A DNA stretch of 64,000 nucleotides from Gaiellaceae bacterium (lineage in GTDB: Bacteria; Actinomycetota; Thermoleophilia; Gaiellales; Gaiellaceae). The notes under the pieces are model-generated. The model was not told the DNA's origin. It did no database searches and was given only the letters and a program-made list of their open reading frames with translations. Position 1 is the first letter of the stretch, and every line of letters starts with the position of its first letter. The position numbers and the translations under genes are program-made. Where the stretch lies: positions 275 through 64,274 of the forward strand of contig DASXDE010000097.1 of assembly GCA_036490825.1 (NCBI GenBank), in the 5' to 3' direction. Below, piece after piece: positions 35,841-45,591 of the stretch.

Positions 35841-36781
35841 GCCATTTCGAGCGCGCGCTCGAGCTCGCCGAGCGCGGGCGGGGCAAGACCGGCGACCATC
35901 CCCTCGTCGGCGCGGTGGTGGTGCGCGAGCGCGAGGTCGTGGGGGAGGGCTGGTACGAGTACGACGCTGTTCGCCACGCGGAGGTGATCGCTCTCGAGCA
36001 GGCCGCCGACCGAGCGCGGGGGGCGACCCTCTACGTGACGCTCGAACCGTGCTCCCACCACGGGCGGACGCCTCCCTGCGCGGATGCCGTCGTTGCCGCC
36101 GGAGTCGCGCGAGCCGTCGTCGGCGCTCGCGACCCGAACCCCGTCGTGGACGGTCGCGGGCTCGAGCGCCTCCGCGCCGCCGGAATCGAGGTCGAGCTGC
36201 TCGACGACATCGCCGCCCGCCGGCAGAACGAGGCGTGGCGCGCCTGGAAGTCCCTCGGCCGTCCCTTCGTGACGTACAAGGCGGCGATCACGCTCGACGG
36301 CCGCGTCGCCGTCCCGGGGCGCCGCTGGGTGTCCGGCGAGGAATCGAGACGGCGGGTGCACAATCTCCGTGCCGCCTCCGACGCGGTCGCGGTGGGGATG
36401 GGGACGGTGCGGGCCGACGCGCCGCGCCTCGACGCGCGCGACGTCGACGCCGACCGGCAGCCGCGGCGCCTCGCGTTCGGGCGTGGCCCGCTGCCCGAAG
36501 GGTCGGAGCTCGAGCTCCGCATGGGCTCGCTCGAGGAAGAGCTGCACGCACTCGCCGCCGACGGCGTCCAGTCGCTCCTGCTCGAAGGCGGGCCGACGCT
36601 GGCCGCGGCGTTCCTCGCCGCCGGTCTCGTCGACAAGCTTCTCTTCTTCGTCGCGCCCGTCCTTGCGGGCGACGGGCCGCGCGTGCTCGGCGACCTCGCC
36701 GCCCCGCTCGAGCTCCTCCACCTGAGCGCCGAGCCGTCCGGCGAGGACGTGCTCGTCCAGGCGTACTTGCGCGAGCCGTAA
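35837..36781 (+). CDS. ribD: bifunctional riboflavin biosynthesis deaminase/reductase
   Basis: HAEVIAL..TLEPCSHHGRTPPC deaminase zinc motif plus the reductase domain. The start overlaps the rpe stop. Confidence 0.9.
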   Translation: MSHFERALELAERGRGKTGDHPLVGAVVVREREVVGEGWYEYDAVRHAEVIALEQAADRARGATLYVTLEPCSHHGRTPPCADAVVAAGVARAVVGARDPNPVVDGRGLERLRAAGIEVELLDDIAARRQNEAWRAWKSLGRPFVTYKAAITLDGRVAVPGRRWVSGEESRRRVHNLRAASDAVAVGMGTVRADAPRLDARDVDADRQPRRLAFGRGPLPEGSELELRMGSLEEELHALAADGVQSLLLEGGPTLAAAFLAAGLVDKLLFFVAPVLAGDGPRVLGDLAAPLELLHLSAEPSGEDVLVQAYLREP

Positions 36782-36791
36782 CCTTTGTCGC

Positions 36792-37376
36792 ATGTTCACG
36801 GGCATCGTCCGCGAGATCGGGAGAGTCGCCGCCTTCGACGGCTCGCGGCTGGTGCTCACGGCGCCCGACACGGCTGCGAGCGCGTCGGTCGGCGACTCGG
36901 TGGCGGTGGCCGGCGTCTGTCTCACCGTGGTGGAGAAGGAGGAGGCGCAGCTCGCGTTCGACGTCGTCCCGGAGACGCTGTCGCGGACGGCGCTCGGCCA
37001 CCTCGAGCCGGGCGGCGCCGTCAACCTCGAGCCGTCGTTGCGCGTCGGCGACCCGCTCGGCGGCCACGTGGTGCAGGGCCATGTCGACGGCCTGGGCCGA
37101 GTCCGCTCGACGGCGCCCGAGGGAGACGGTCGCCGCATGTGGATCGATGCCCCGGAAGGGTTCGTTCGCTACTGCGTCCAGAAAGGCTCGATCACGGTCG
37201 ACGGCGTCTCGCTGACGATCGCCTGCCTCGACGACGACGGCTTCGAGGTCGCGTTGATCCCGCACACGCTCGCCGTGACGACGCTCGGCCGGCTCGAGCC
37301 GGGCGACGAGGTGAACCTCGAGGCCGACGTGCTCTCGCGCGTCGTCGAGCGCCTCCTGGCGGCGAGGCTGCCGTGA
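36792..37376 (+). CDS. ribE: riboflavin synthase (alpha chain)
   Basis: MFTGIVREIG.. and the internal repeat ..GSITVDGVSLT... Confidence 0.9.
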   Translation: MFTGIVREIGRVAAFDGSRLVLTAPDTAASASVGDSVAVAGVCLTVVEKEEAQLAFDVVPETLSRTALGHLEPGGAVNLEPSLRVGDPLGGHVVQGHVDGLGRVRSTAPEGDGRRMWIDAPEGFVRYCVQKGSITVDGVSLTIACLDDDGFEVALIPHTLAVTTLGRLEPGDEVNLEADVLSRVVERLLAARLP

Positions 37377-38611
37377 GCTCCGCCGTCACTCCCTTCGCCT
37401 CGATCGACGAGGCCGTCGAGGACATCCGGAACGGGAAGATGGTCGTCGTCGTCGACGACCCCCAGCGCGAGAACGAGGGCGATCTCGTGATCGCCGCGCA
37501 GTTCTCGACGCCCGAGGCGGTCAACTTCATGGCGACGCACGCCCGCGGGCTGATCTGCCTCTGCCTCACGGGCGAGCGCTGCGAGCAGCTCGGCCTGCCG
37601 CCGATGACACAGCGGAACGAGGCGCGCCTCGGCACCGCGTTCACAGTCTCCGTCGAGGCCCGCGAGGGCGTAACGACCGGCATCTCCGCGGCCGACCGCG
37701 CGCACACCATCCAGGTCGCGATCGACCCCGCGTCCACGCCGCACGATCTCGTCCAGCCCGGGCACGTCTTCCCGCTGCGGGCACGCGACGGCGGCGTCCT
37801 GGTGCGCGCGGGCCAGACGGAGGCTGCGGTCGACCTCGCGCGGCTCGCCGGCCTCGTCCCGGCCGGCGTGGTGTGCGAGATCATGAACGAGGACGGGACG
37901 ATGGCCCGCGTCCCGGATCTCGTGCCCTACTGCGAGCGGCACGGGCTGCGGATGATCACCGTCGCCGACCTGATCGAACACCGGCGCCGGACGGAGAAGC
38001 TCGTGGAGCGCGTGGTCACCGTGCAGCTGCCGACGGAGTACGGCCTCTTCACGGCGATCGCCTTCCGCGAGACGCTCTCCGGGCGCGACCACCTCGCCCT
38101 CGTGATGGGCGAGGTCGGCGAGGACGTGCTCGTCCGCGTCCATTCCGAGTGCCTGACAGGCGACGTCTTCCACTCGCTCCGCTGCGACTGCGGCGAGCAG
38201 CTCGAGGCCGCCCTTGCCGCGATCGCCGCCGAGGGCCGCGGCGTCCTCCTCTACATGGCCCAGGAGGGGCGGGGCATCGGCCTCCTCAACAAGCTCAGGG
38301 CCTATGAGCTGCAGGAGCAGGGGCTCGACACGGTCGACGCGAACCTCGCGCTCGGCTTCGCCGCCGACGAGCGGGAGTGGGGGATCGGCAACCAGATCCT
38401 GGCCGAGCTCGGGATCACGACGATGCGGCTGCTCACGAACAACCCGAAGAAGGTCTCCGGGGTCGAGGCCTACGGGTTGAGGGTGACGGAGCAGGTACCG
38501 ATCGAGATGCCGCCCCATCCCGAGAACGTTCGCTATCTGGCCGCCAAGCGGGATAAGCTCGGACACAAGTTGCACCACCAGGATCTGAAGTTCGAGTCGG
38601 AGGGCGAATGA
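37373..38611 (+). CDS. ribBA: bifunctional 3,4-dihydroxy-2-butanone-4-phosphate synthase / GTP cyclohydrolase II
   Basis: ..DDPQRENEGDLV.. (DHBPS) and ..VRVHSECLTGDVFHSLRCDCG.. (GCHII). The GTG overlaps the ribE stop. Confidence 0.9.
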   Translation: MSSAVTPFASIDEAVEDIRNGKMVVVVDDPQRENEGDLVIAAQFSTPEAVNFMATHARGLICLCLTGERCEQLGLPPMTQRNEARLGTAFTVSVEAREGVTTGISAADRAHTIQVAIDPASTPHDLVQPGHVFPLRARDGGVLVRAGQTEAAVDLARLAGLVPAGVVCEIMNEDGTMARVPDLVPYCERHGLRMITVADLIEHRRRTEKLVERVVTVQLPTEYGLFTAIAFRETLSGRDHLALVMGEVGEDVLVRVHSECLTGDVFHSLRCDCGEQLEAALAAIAAEGRGVLLYMAQEGRGIGLLNKLRAYELQEQGLDTVDANLALGFAADEREWGIGNQILAELGITTMRLLTNNPKKVSGVEAYGLRVTEQVPIEMPPHPENVRYLAAKRDKLGHKLHHQDLKFESEGE

Positions 38612-39384
38612 GTTCAGGAGGCTTTTGGCCGGGCGAGGCGCCGCCGGCTACCGAGCAGGAGGATGCGCCGAAGTCGGAGGCCGCTGTCGCCGAGCCGCTC
38701 GGGTGGCCGCAGTCGAGCCCGGAGGAGCCGGACGAGCAGGCGCAGGAGGATGCGAGGCCGGAGCCCGAAGCCGAGGTCGAGACCGAGGCGGCCCCGGTCG
38801 GCGAGCCGGAGCCGGAGGCAGAGGACGAGCCCGAGGCCGAGGAGGAGCCGAAGGCCGAAGAACCCGAGGTCGCCCCGGTGGGGCACCTCCCCGGCGAGCT
38901 CGACATCCCCGATGGCGTCGCGGTCCTCGAGGGATCTCCCTCCGGCGCGGATCGCACCGTCGGCATCGTCGTCTCCCGCTTCAACGGCGACATCTCGAAC
39001 CGGCTCCTCGACTCGGCGCTCGCAGCCCTCCGGGCGGCCGGCGTCGCCGAGGAGCGGATCACCGTGATGCCGGTGCCCGGCGCGTTCGAGCTCCCGATCG
39101 GCGCGATGGCGCTCGCGAAGACGCGCCGCTACTCCTGCGTGGTCGCGCTCGGCTGCGTGGTGCGCGGCGAGACGGCGCACTTCGAGTACGTCGCGGGCGA
39201 AGCGGCTTCCGGCCTCCAGCTCGCCGGCCTCGAGACGGGGGTGCCCGTCGCGTTCGGCGTGCTCACGGTCGACACGGCAGACCAGGCGGAGGCACGGATC
39301 GACCGGGGCGCGGACGCCGCGCGCGCGGCGCTCGAGATGGCCGACCTCTTCTCCCAGGTACGCGACCAGGCCAAAGCCGGGTAG
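38608..39384 (+). CDS. ribH: 6,7-dimethyl-8-ribityllumazine synthase with a ~90-aa acidic Pro/Glu/Ala-rich N-terminal extension
   Basis: The C-terminal ~165 aa are canonical (..VGIVVSRFNGDI..GAFELP..VVRGETAHFEYV..). The ATG at 38608 overlaps the ribBA stop (ATGA). An alternative internal GTG at 38878 would give a normal-length protein. Confidence 0.8.
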   Translation: MSSGGFWPGEAPPATEQEDAPKSEAAVAEPLGWPQSSPEEPDEQAQEDARPEPEAEVETEAAPVGEPEPEAEDEPEAEEEPKAEEPEVAPVGHLPGELDIPDGVAVLEGSPSGADRTVGIVVSRFNGDISNRLLDSALAALRAAGVAEERITVMPVPGAFELPIGAMALAKTRRYSCVVALGCVVRGETAHFEYVAGEAASGLQLAGLETGVPVAFGVLTVDTADQAEARIDRGADAARAALEMADLFSQVRDQAKAG

Positions 39385-39432
39385 CCCGCCGGCCCAGGTG
39401 CCGTGCAGCCATTCGGCTACACTCCGCCGCCG

Positions 39433-39624
39433 ATGTCCAAGGTCTGCGCAGTCTGTGGGAAGAAGCCCGGGTTCGGTAACCACCGGAGCCACTCCATGGT
39501 GGCGACGAAGCGGCGCTTCGAGCCCAACCTCCAGCGCGTTCGCGTCGCGATCGACGGCAAGGCGACGCGCGCGTACGTCTGTACGCGCTGCCTCAAGGCC
39601 GGCAAGGTCCAGAAGGCTCTCTAG
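39433..39624 (+). CDS. rpmB: 50S ribosomal protein L28 (zinc-ribbon form)
   Basis: [27 protein letters not shown]. The start was trimmed to the second Met of the track ORF. Confidence 0.9.
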   Translation: MSKVCAVCGKKPGFGNHRSHSMVATKRRFEPNLQRVRVAIDGKATRAYVCTRCLKAGKVQKAL

Positions 39625-40082
39625 CCGGAACGGCGCCCGAACCGGAGGGCGCGTCCAGTCCCGCGCGCGAGCGGGTCGGGGCGGACGTTCTCGGGCTCCT
39701 TGATCCCCACCCGGCCGCCGCCGTCGGCGTTGGGCTCGTCGTCGAAGCGCGGCACGACATGGAGATGCGCGTGCATCCGCACCACCGCCTCGTCGCTGCG
39801 CGGGAACGGGCTCCAGTAGAGGCCATACCCGTCCGGGGCCAGGCGGTCGTCCCAGACCGCCTTCGCCTGCAGGAGAAGGTCGTGCGTCGCCGCCCACTCC
39901 TCGACGCTGAAGTCGAACGGCGACGCTTTATGCGCGATCGTGACGATCACACCGCTGCCGGGGAGGACGTCGGCCGGGTCGCGCGGGTCCCGCGTCGAGG
40001 CATAGACGCAGTGCTCGTTCTCGAGATAGACCTCCGCCTCACCGCGGAGAAAGTCGCGGTCGCAGAAGACGCAGTCACTCAC
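39621..40082 (-). CDS. HIT-family hydrolase
   Basis: The histidine triad HAHLHVVPR. Confidence 0.8.
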   Translation of the reverse strand: MSDCVFCDRDFLRGEAEVYLENEHCVYASTRDPRDPADVLPGSGVIVTIAHKASPFDFSVEEWAATHDLLLQAKAVWDDRLAPDGYGLYWSPFPRSDEAVVRMHAHLHVVPRFDDEPNADGGGRVGIKEPENVRPDPLARGTGRALRFGRRSG

Positions 40083-40527
40083 CGTCGGGCTTCGGGACGT
40101 CGTAGATGAGCCAGAGCCGCTCGCCGGTTTGCGAGCCGGTCGGCGCCTGCGCAGTGATCTGGCCCAGCTCCGGGTACTCGACGACCTCCGGCGCCTGCCC
40201 GGACGAGGCCATGAGGTAGCGACAGCTCCCTTCGCCGTCGATACGGAAGCCGTGTGCGCCCGCCGGGCCGACCGGGAAGATCACGACCTCGCCGCGCCGC
40301 ACGATCCGCTCCCCGTCCTCCGTCTTCATCGTCATCTCGCCGTCGAGGACGACGAGCATCTCCTCCGAGGCGTGGTGGAAGTGGTAGACGACGAAGTTGC
40401 CCGGCCCGAGCTCGTACACCGTGGCGCCAAGCCGCTCCCCGCGAGGCAGCCGCTTCGCGTTGCCGCCTCCGCCCGACCAGTCCTCGCCCTCGTCCCACTC
40501 GGACGTCCAGATGTTGTCGTCGCTCAT
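40075..40527 (-). CDS. cupin-domain protein (150 aa)
   Basis: ..GNFVVYHFHHASEEMLVVLDGE.. (motif 1) and ..GEVVIFPVGPAGAHGF.. (motif 2). Trimmed to the ATG at 40527. Confidence 0.7.
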   Translation of the reverse strand: MSDDNIWTSEWDEGEDWSGGGGNAKRLPRGERLGATVYELGPGNFVVYHFHHASEEMLVVLDGEMTMKTEDGERIVRRGEVVIFPVGPAGAHGFRIDGEGSCRYLMASSGQAPEVVEYPELGQITAQAPTGSQTGERLWLIYDVPKPDGE

Positions 40528-40578
40528 GCGGGGATTCTGCTCGCAACCGCATGCGGGGGTCGCCGGTCCAACCGAACG

Positions 40579-40932
40579 ATGGAAGCGGGGCACGCGCTCT
40601 CCTCGCGCCTCGGGCGGATCACGATCTCGAGCGAGGCGATCGCGCAGATCGTCGCGGAGACGGCGCTCGAGTGCTACGGCGTGCTGGGGATGAAGGGCTC
40701 GCTGCGGGGGCAGCTCGCCCGAGCCCGAGGCCGCCCGCGCGGGATCGAGATCGGCCGGGACGGCGGGGAGGTGACCGTCGACGTCCACGTCGTCGTCGAG
40801 TACGGACTCAACCTCGCCGAGGTCGCCTCCAGCGTCGGCAACCGCGTCGCCTACGAGGTCGAGCGGCTGACGGGCCTGACGGTTCGCGCGGTGGAGGTGC
40901 ACGTCGATGACGTGCGCATCGGCGGGAAGTGA
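40579..40932 (+). CDS. Asp23/Gls24-family envelope stress protein
   Basis: ..ITISSEAIAQIVAETALECYGV.. and ..VEVHVDDV... It precedes the DAK2 gene, as is typical. Confidence 0.8.
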   Translation: MEAGHALSSRLGRITISSEAIAQIVAETALECYGVLGMKGSLRGQLARARGRPRGIEIGRDGGEVTVDVHVVVEYGLNLAEVASSVGNRVAYEVERLTGLTVRAVEVHVDDVRIGGK

Positions 40933-42302
40933 CCGCCGAGGGAGATCTCGAGCTCGTCCGCGGTCTCGTCGGCGCCGCTCTCGCCTCGCTGGAGGCAAGC
41001 CGAGGCCGGCTCGACGACCTCAACGTCTACCCGGTTCCCGACGGCGACACCGGCACGAACCTGATCCTGACCGTGCGAGCCGTCGCGGAGGCGGTCGCCT
41101 CGGCGGAGGCGGACCGCCCGGCGCTCGCCCAGACGGTCGCGCGCGCCGCGCTGATGGGAGCGCGCGGCAACTCCGGCGTCATCCTCTCCCAGATCGTGCG
41201 CGGCGTCGCCGAGGTCCTCGCCCGGTCGACGAACGGCATCGACCCGGCGCTCACGGCCCGCGCGCTGCGTGGAGCCTCCGACGCCGCCTACCGCGCCGTG
41301 CGGCGACCCGTGGAAGGGACGATGCTCTCCGTCATCCGCGGGCTCGCGGAGGAGGCGGAGCGGCACGAGGGCGAGGCCGGGCCGCTCGGCGACCTGCTCG
41401 TCGAGCTCGTGCGTCACGGGGAGGAGACAGTCGCCCGCACGCCCGAGCAGCTCGACGTCCTGCGCGAGGCGGGAGTCGTCGACGCAGGCGGCGCTGGCCT
41501 TGTCGAGCTGCTCCGCGGACTTGCCGGAGCGGTCAGCGGCGACGTGCCGCCCGCCGCGCCGGCGCCTGCGGCGTTCGCGAACATGCACGAGCAGCAGGAG
41601 CAGCGCGAGCGGCGACTCTCGCTGGTACCCGCCACGCGCGCGAAGAGCGGCGTCGTGGCCGTCGCCGCCGGGGAGGGGAACCGGCTGCTCTTCGAGACGC
41701 TCGCGGAGCCGGTCGGGACGATCCGGGTCGTCGCGGGCGGTCAGACCGCCGATCCCTCCACGGCCGAGCTTCTCGCGGCGGTCGAGGCGCTCGACGCGGA
41801 TGAGGCGATCATCCTCCCGAACAACGCGAACGTGCGGCTCGCCGCCGAGCAGGCGGCCGATGAGGCGGAGCGGCCCGCCGCGATCGTCCCGACGGACTCG
41901 ATCCCAGCCGGTCTTGCGGCGGTCCTCGTGTACGACGGGACGCGCGGGGCGGCCGAGAACGCCGCCGAGATGAGAGGCGCCGCCGCAGCGGTCGCCGCGG
42001 GGGAGGTCATGCGCGCCTCCCGTGACCTCGAGCTGAACGGCCTGGCGATCCGGCAGGGCGACTGGCTCGGGCTCGCGGAGGGGGAGCCGGTGGCGGGCGG
42101 AGACGACTTCGCGGAGGTCGCGTCCGGCGTTGTCGAGCAGCTGCTCGGGCGGCCCCGCACCGTCCTGACCCTCCTCACCGGCGCCGAGCCGCCGCCGCTC
42201 GACGGGCTCGTCAAACGGCTCACCGCGGCGCATCCCGAGCTCGAGGTCGAGGTGCACGAGGGCGGCCAGCCGCACTTTCCGCTTCTGCTCGGGGCGGAAT
42301 AG
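40929..42302 (+). CDS. DAK2-domain protein (YloV-like)
   Basis: ..LNVYPVPDGDTGTNL.. and ..GARGNSGVILSQ.. (Dak2) plus a DegV-like C-terminal domain. Confidence 0.85.
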   Translation: MTAEGDLELVRGLVGAALASLEASRGRLDDLNVYPVPDGDTGTNLILTVRAVAEAVASAEADRPALAQTVARAALMGARGNSGVILSQIVRGVAEVLARSTNGIDPALTARALRGASDAAYRAVRRPVEGTMLSVIRGLAEEAERHEGEAGPLGDLLVELVRHGEETVARTPEQLDVLREAGVVDAGGAGLVELLRGLAGAVSGDVPPAAPAPAAFANMHEQQEQRERRLSLVPATRAKSGVVAVAAGEGNRLLFETLAEPVGTIRVVAGGQTADPSTAELLAAVEALDADEAIILPNNANVRLAAEQAADEAERPAAIVPTDSIPAGLAAVLVYDGTRGAAENAAEMRGAAAAVAAGEVMRASRDLELNGLAIRQGDWLGLAEGEPVAGGDDFAEVASGVVEQLLGRPRTVLTLLTGAEPPPLDGLVKRLTAAHPELEVEVHEGGQPHFPLLLGAE

Positions 42303-42312
42303 GCTGGCAGGG

Positions 42313-42690
42313 ATGCCGCCGGTCCGAATCGTGGTCGTCGAGGACAACGACGTCTTCCGCGAGGCTCTCGAGCTCCTCCTCGGGATGCGGGACGACGTCC
42401 AGGTCGTCGGCTCCGTCGGCGACGGGGCGGCCGCCGTCGCCGCTGCGATCGAGCACCGCCCGGACGTCGTGCTGATGGACTACCGGCTGCCCGGGCTCGA
42501 CGGGATCCAGGCCACGGCGCAGGTGGTCGAGGCGGTCCCCGAGGTCGCAGTCGTCGCGCTGACCGCCTCGGCGGACGACGCGGAGCGCGAAGCGCTCGTC
42601 GAGGCGGGAGCGGTCATGTGCCTGAACAAGGACCAGGAGCTCGACGAGATCGTCGCCGCCATCCTGCAGGCCGCCGCCGCGGTCGGGTGA
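42313..42690 (+). CDS. stand-alone response-regulator receiver domain (125 aa, no output domain)
   Basis: IVVVEDND.., ..VVLMDYRLPGLDG.. (phospho-acceptor Asp) and ..ALTAS...K.. The ORF ends after the receiver fold. Confidence 0.8.
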   Translation: MPPVRIVVVEDNDVFREALELLLGMRDDVQVVGSVGDGAAAVAAAIEHRPDVVLMDYRLPGLDGIQATAQVVEAVPEVAVVALTASADDAEREALVEAGAVMCLNKDQELDEIVAAILQAAAAVG

Positions 42691-42708
42691 GGCTCTTTCG
42701 GCTCCGCG

Positions 42709-43464
42709 ATGACCGCTAGCCGGATCTGGATCGGCGGGGGCACGGGGTCGGGGAAGTCGACCGCGGCCAGGGCGCTCGCCGTGCAGCACGGGCTCCGCCG
42801 GTTCCCGATCGACGCCTTCTGGTACGCCTACGACGCCCGCTGGGCGCACCCGCGCAAGTCGCCCGACGAGCAGTGGCTCGACACGCCGCCCGAGGTGCAG
42901 GCAGCCGAGTTCGAGGAGACGTCGCGACGGATGATGGGCTTTGCGCTCGACGACCTCGCCGTGCTCCCGGACGTGCCGACGGTCGTCGAGGGGCCGCAGA
43001 TCCTCCCCGATCTGGTCCCGCCGGGCGAGCAGGCGGTCTTCCTCGACCCGACGCCGGAGTTCCAGCGCTGGGTGCTCGAGTCGCGCTCCATGCCCTCGAG
43101 CGACCCGGCTCGCGCGCTCCGGGCGCGCCTCGTGAAGGATCGGGGCTACGCCGACCGGGTTGCCGCGCTGGCGCGGGAGCACGGCTTTCCTGTGCTCGTG
43201 ATGGACGGCGATCGCGACATCGCCGCCGAGGTCGAGTCCCTGTTCGAGATCCCGGAGGGCGTGGCCGATCTGCGGGCGATCCGCCGCTGGGAGAACGAGG
43301 CCGCGGCGGCGAACGTCCGGGCGTGGCTCGTCTCCCCGGAGGCGCCGGAGCGGGACGGCGGCTACCCGTTCGCGTGCGAGTGCGGTCGCCGGGGCTGCGA
43401 CGAGCTCGTGCAGCTCACGATCGAGGAGTTCGACTCCGCGCCGCAGGTTCTTGTCCACGTCTGA
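42709..43464 (+). CDS. P-loop NTPase/kinase-like protein with a Cys-containing C-terminal tail
   Basis: The Walker A motif GGGTGSGKST is 10 aa from the N-terminus. The C-terminus is ..FACECGRRGCDE... Confidence 0.6.
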   Translation: MTASRIWIGGGTGSGKSTAARALAVQHGLRRFPIDAFWYAYDARWAHPRKSPDEQWLDTPPEVQAAEFEETSRRMMGFALDDLAVLPDVPTVVEGPQILPDLVPPGEQAVFLDPTPEFQRWVLESRSMPSSDPARALRARLVKDRGYADRVAALAREHGFPVLVMDGDRDIAAEVESLFEIPEGVADLRAIRRWENEAAAANVRAWLVSPEAPERDGGYPFACECGRRGCDELVQLTIEEFDSAPQVLVHV

Positions 43465-43497
43465 CGTCCGGTCCGCACGGGATACTCAGCGCGCCCG

Positions 43498-45591
43498 GTG
43501 CCGCCGACGATGACAAGCGCCCGTCGACAGACGGCCTTCCCAGGTCTGGACCCGCCCAGGGCCTGGCCGCCGACGCCGCGTGCCGCCAGGCCGGAGCGGC
43601 TCGAGCTCGGGCTCGACACGCTGCCCGGAGTCGCCGCGACGACGCAGCGGAAGCTGGGCAAGCTCGGCCTCGCGACGGTGCGCGACGTGCTCGAGCACCG
43701 GCCGCGACGCTACGAGACCGCCGCCGACGAGGTGGCCATCGCGGAGCTCCGCCAGGGCGAGGAAGTCGTCGTGACGGGCCACGTCCTCAACGTCGAGAAG
43801 CGCCCGATGCGCGGCCGCCGGCGTACGCGGGTCGTCGCACGCGTGGCGGACGGCACCGCCGCGGTGAGCGTGACGTGGTTCAACCAGCCGTGGCTCGCCG
43901 ACCGGCTGCAGGTGGGAACGGAGGTCCGGCTGCGCGGGAAGCTCGGTCGCTTCGGCTTCGAGCCCCGCTCGTACGACATCGGCGATGAGGCACGCGCGAC
44001 GGCCGACTTCGCTCCGGTCTATCCGGCCGCGGAGGAGATCGCCGCCGCGACCGTGCGGCGCGTGGTGGACACTGCGCTGCCGCTCGCCGAGCACATGCCC
44101 GACCCGCTGCCGGCGGAGCTCCGCGAGCGCGAGGGGCTGGCGCTGAAACGCGACGCGCTCGCCGTGGTGCACCGGCCGCGCGACCTCGAGGAGGCCGAGA
44201 CGGGCCGAAAACGGCTCGCCTTCGAGGAGCTTCTCGTCCTCCAGATCGGCATCGCTCGGCGCGTGGCGAAGCGCGAGCAGACGCTCGCCCCGGGGCTCGG
44301 CGAGCCGGGGGACCTGATCCGCCGCTACCGCGAGGCGCTGCCGTTCGCGCTCACGCCGTACCAGGAGAAGGCGATCCGCGAGATCGACGGCGACCTCGGG
44401 CGCACCGTTCCGATGCAGCGGCTCCTGCAGGGCGACGTGGGCTCCGGCAAGACGGTCGTCGCGCTCCACGCGCTCCTGCGCGCGGTGGAGAGCGGGCGCC
44501 AGGGCGCGCTCATGGCGCCGACCGAGACGCTCGCGGAGCAGCATTTCCTGACGATCGCCGACCTCTGCCTCGAGCTCGGCGTGACCTGCGCGCTGCTCAC
44601 GAGCTCGTCCGGGAAGCGGCAACGTGAGGCGGCGCTCGGCGCCGACGTCGTGGTGGGGACGCACGCGCTCATCCAGGAGGGCTTCGAGCTGCGCGACCTC
44701 GCGGTCGCCGTCGTCGACGAGCAGCACCGCTTCGGCGTCGAGCAGCGCTCGGCGCTCGTGGCGGGACGCACACCGCACGTCCTGCACATGACCGCCACCC
44801 CGATCCCGCGCACGCTCGCGCTCACGGTCTACGGCGACCTCGCAGTTTCCGAGATCGCCAAGCCGCCTGCGTCGCGGAAGCCCGTGATCACGAGCTGGAT
44901 CACCGAGGAGCGCGCCTCCGAGGCCTACACGCGTCTCACCCGGCTGCTCCGGGAGGGGCGGCAGGCGTACGTCGTGTGCCCGCTCATCGAGGCCTCCGAG
45001 ACCTCGCTCGCGCGCGCGGCGGAGGAGGAGGCCGAGCGGCTGCGGGGGGCGGAGCTGCGCGACTTCCGCGTCGGCTGCCTCCACGGACGGCTCAAAGCGG
45101 CGGACCGGCGCGACCTGATGGCGCGGTTCAAGGCGTGCGAGCTCGACGTGCTCGTGGCGACGACGGTGATCGAGGTCGGAGTCGACGTGGCGAACGCGAC
45201 GGTGATGATCGTTCAGGAGGCCGACCGCTTCGGGCTCGCGCAGCTCCATCAGCTGCGCGGCCGGGTCGGGCGGGGCGCGGAGCAGTCGTACTGCCTGCTC
45301 GTCTCGCGCGCGAAGGAGGAGCTGACGGAGTCGGCACATGCCCGTTTGCAGGCACTTTGCGAGACGAACGACGGCTTCGAGCTGGCCGAGGTGGATCTCG
45401 AGCTGCGCGGCGGCGGCGCGCTGCTCGGCACGCGCCAGTCCGGGCTCTCCGACCTCCGTTTCGCCCATCTCCGCCGCGACCGCGATCTGCTCGAGCGGGC
45501 ACGCGCCGCGGCGCCCGGCGTCGCCCCGGGCCCGCTGCAGGACACCGCCGCGGCGCTCTTCGCCGAGGTCGAGCCGGAGGCGCTCGCATGA
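43498..45591 (+). CDS. recG: ATP-dependent DNA helicase RecG
   Basis: Wedge/OB domain, GDVGSGKT (Walker A), VDEQHRFG, and the ..QLRGRVGRG.. motif VI. Confidence 0.9.
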   Translation: MPPTMTSARRQTAFPGLDPPRAWPPTPRAARPERLELGLDTLPGVAATTQRKLGKLGLATVRDVLEHRPRRYETAADEVAIAELRQGEEVVVTGHVLNVEKRPMRGRRRTRVVARVADGTAAVSVTWFNQPWLADRLQVGTEVRLRGKLGRFGFEPRSYDIGDEARATADFAPVYPAAEEIAAATVRRVVDTALPLAEHMPDPLPAELREREGLALKRDALAVVHRPRDLEEAETGRKRLAFEELLVLQIGIARRVAKREQTLAPGLGEPGDLIRRYREALPFALTPYQEKAIREIDGDLGRTVPMQRLLQGDVGSGKTVVALHALLRAVESGRQGALMAPTETLAEQHFLTIADLCLELGVTCALLTSSSGKRQREAALGADVVVGTHALIQEGFELRDLAVAVVDEQHRFGVEQRSALVAGRTPHVLHMTATPIPRTLALTVYGDLAVSEIAKPPASRKPVITSWITEERASEAYTRLTRLLREGRQAYVVCPLIEASETSLARAAEEEAERLRGAELRDFRVGCLHGRLKAADRRDLMARFKACELDVLVATTVIEVGVDVANATVMIVQEADRFGLAQLHQLRGRVGRGAEQSYCLLVSRAKEELTESAHARLQALCETNDGFELAEVDLELRGGGALLGTRQSGLSDLRFAHLRRDRDLLERARAAAPGVAPGPLQDTAAALFAEVEPEALA

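Noticed and set aside
35800-35880. FMN (RFN) riboswitch upstream of the riboflavin operon
   Set aside because: The ribD start overlaps the rpe stop, so there is no intergenic space.
38625-39479. Alternative 284-aa ORF overlapping ribH, starting at a TTG after an AGGAGG motif
   Set aside because: Its translation is Arg/Gly/Ala-rich with no motif. The ribH frame carries the lumazine synthase signature.
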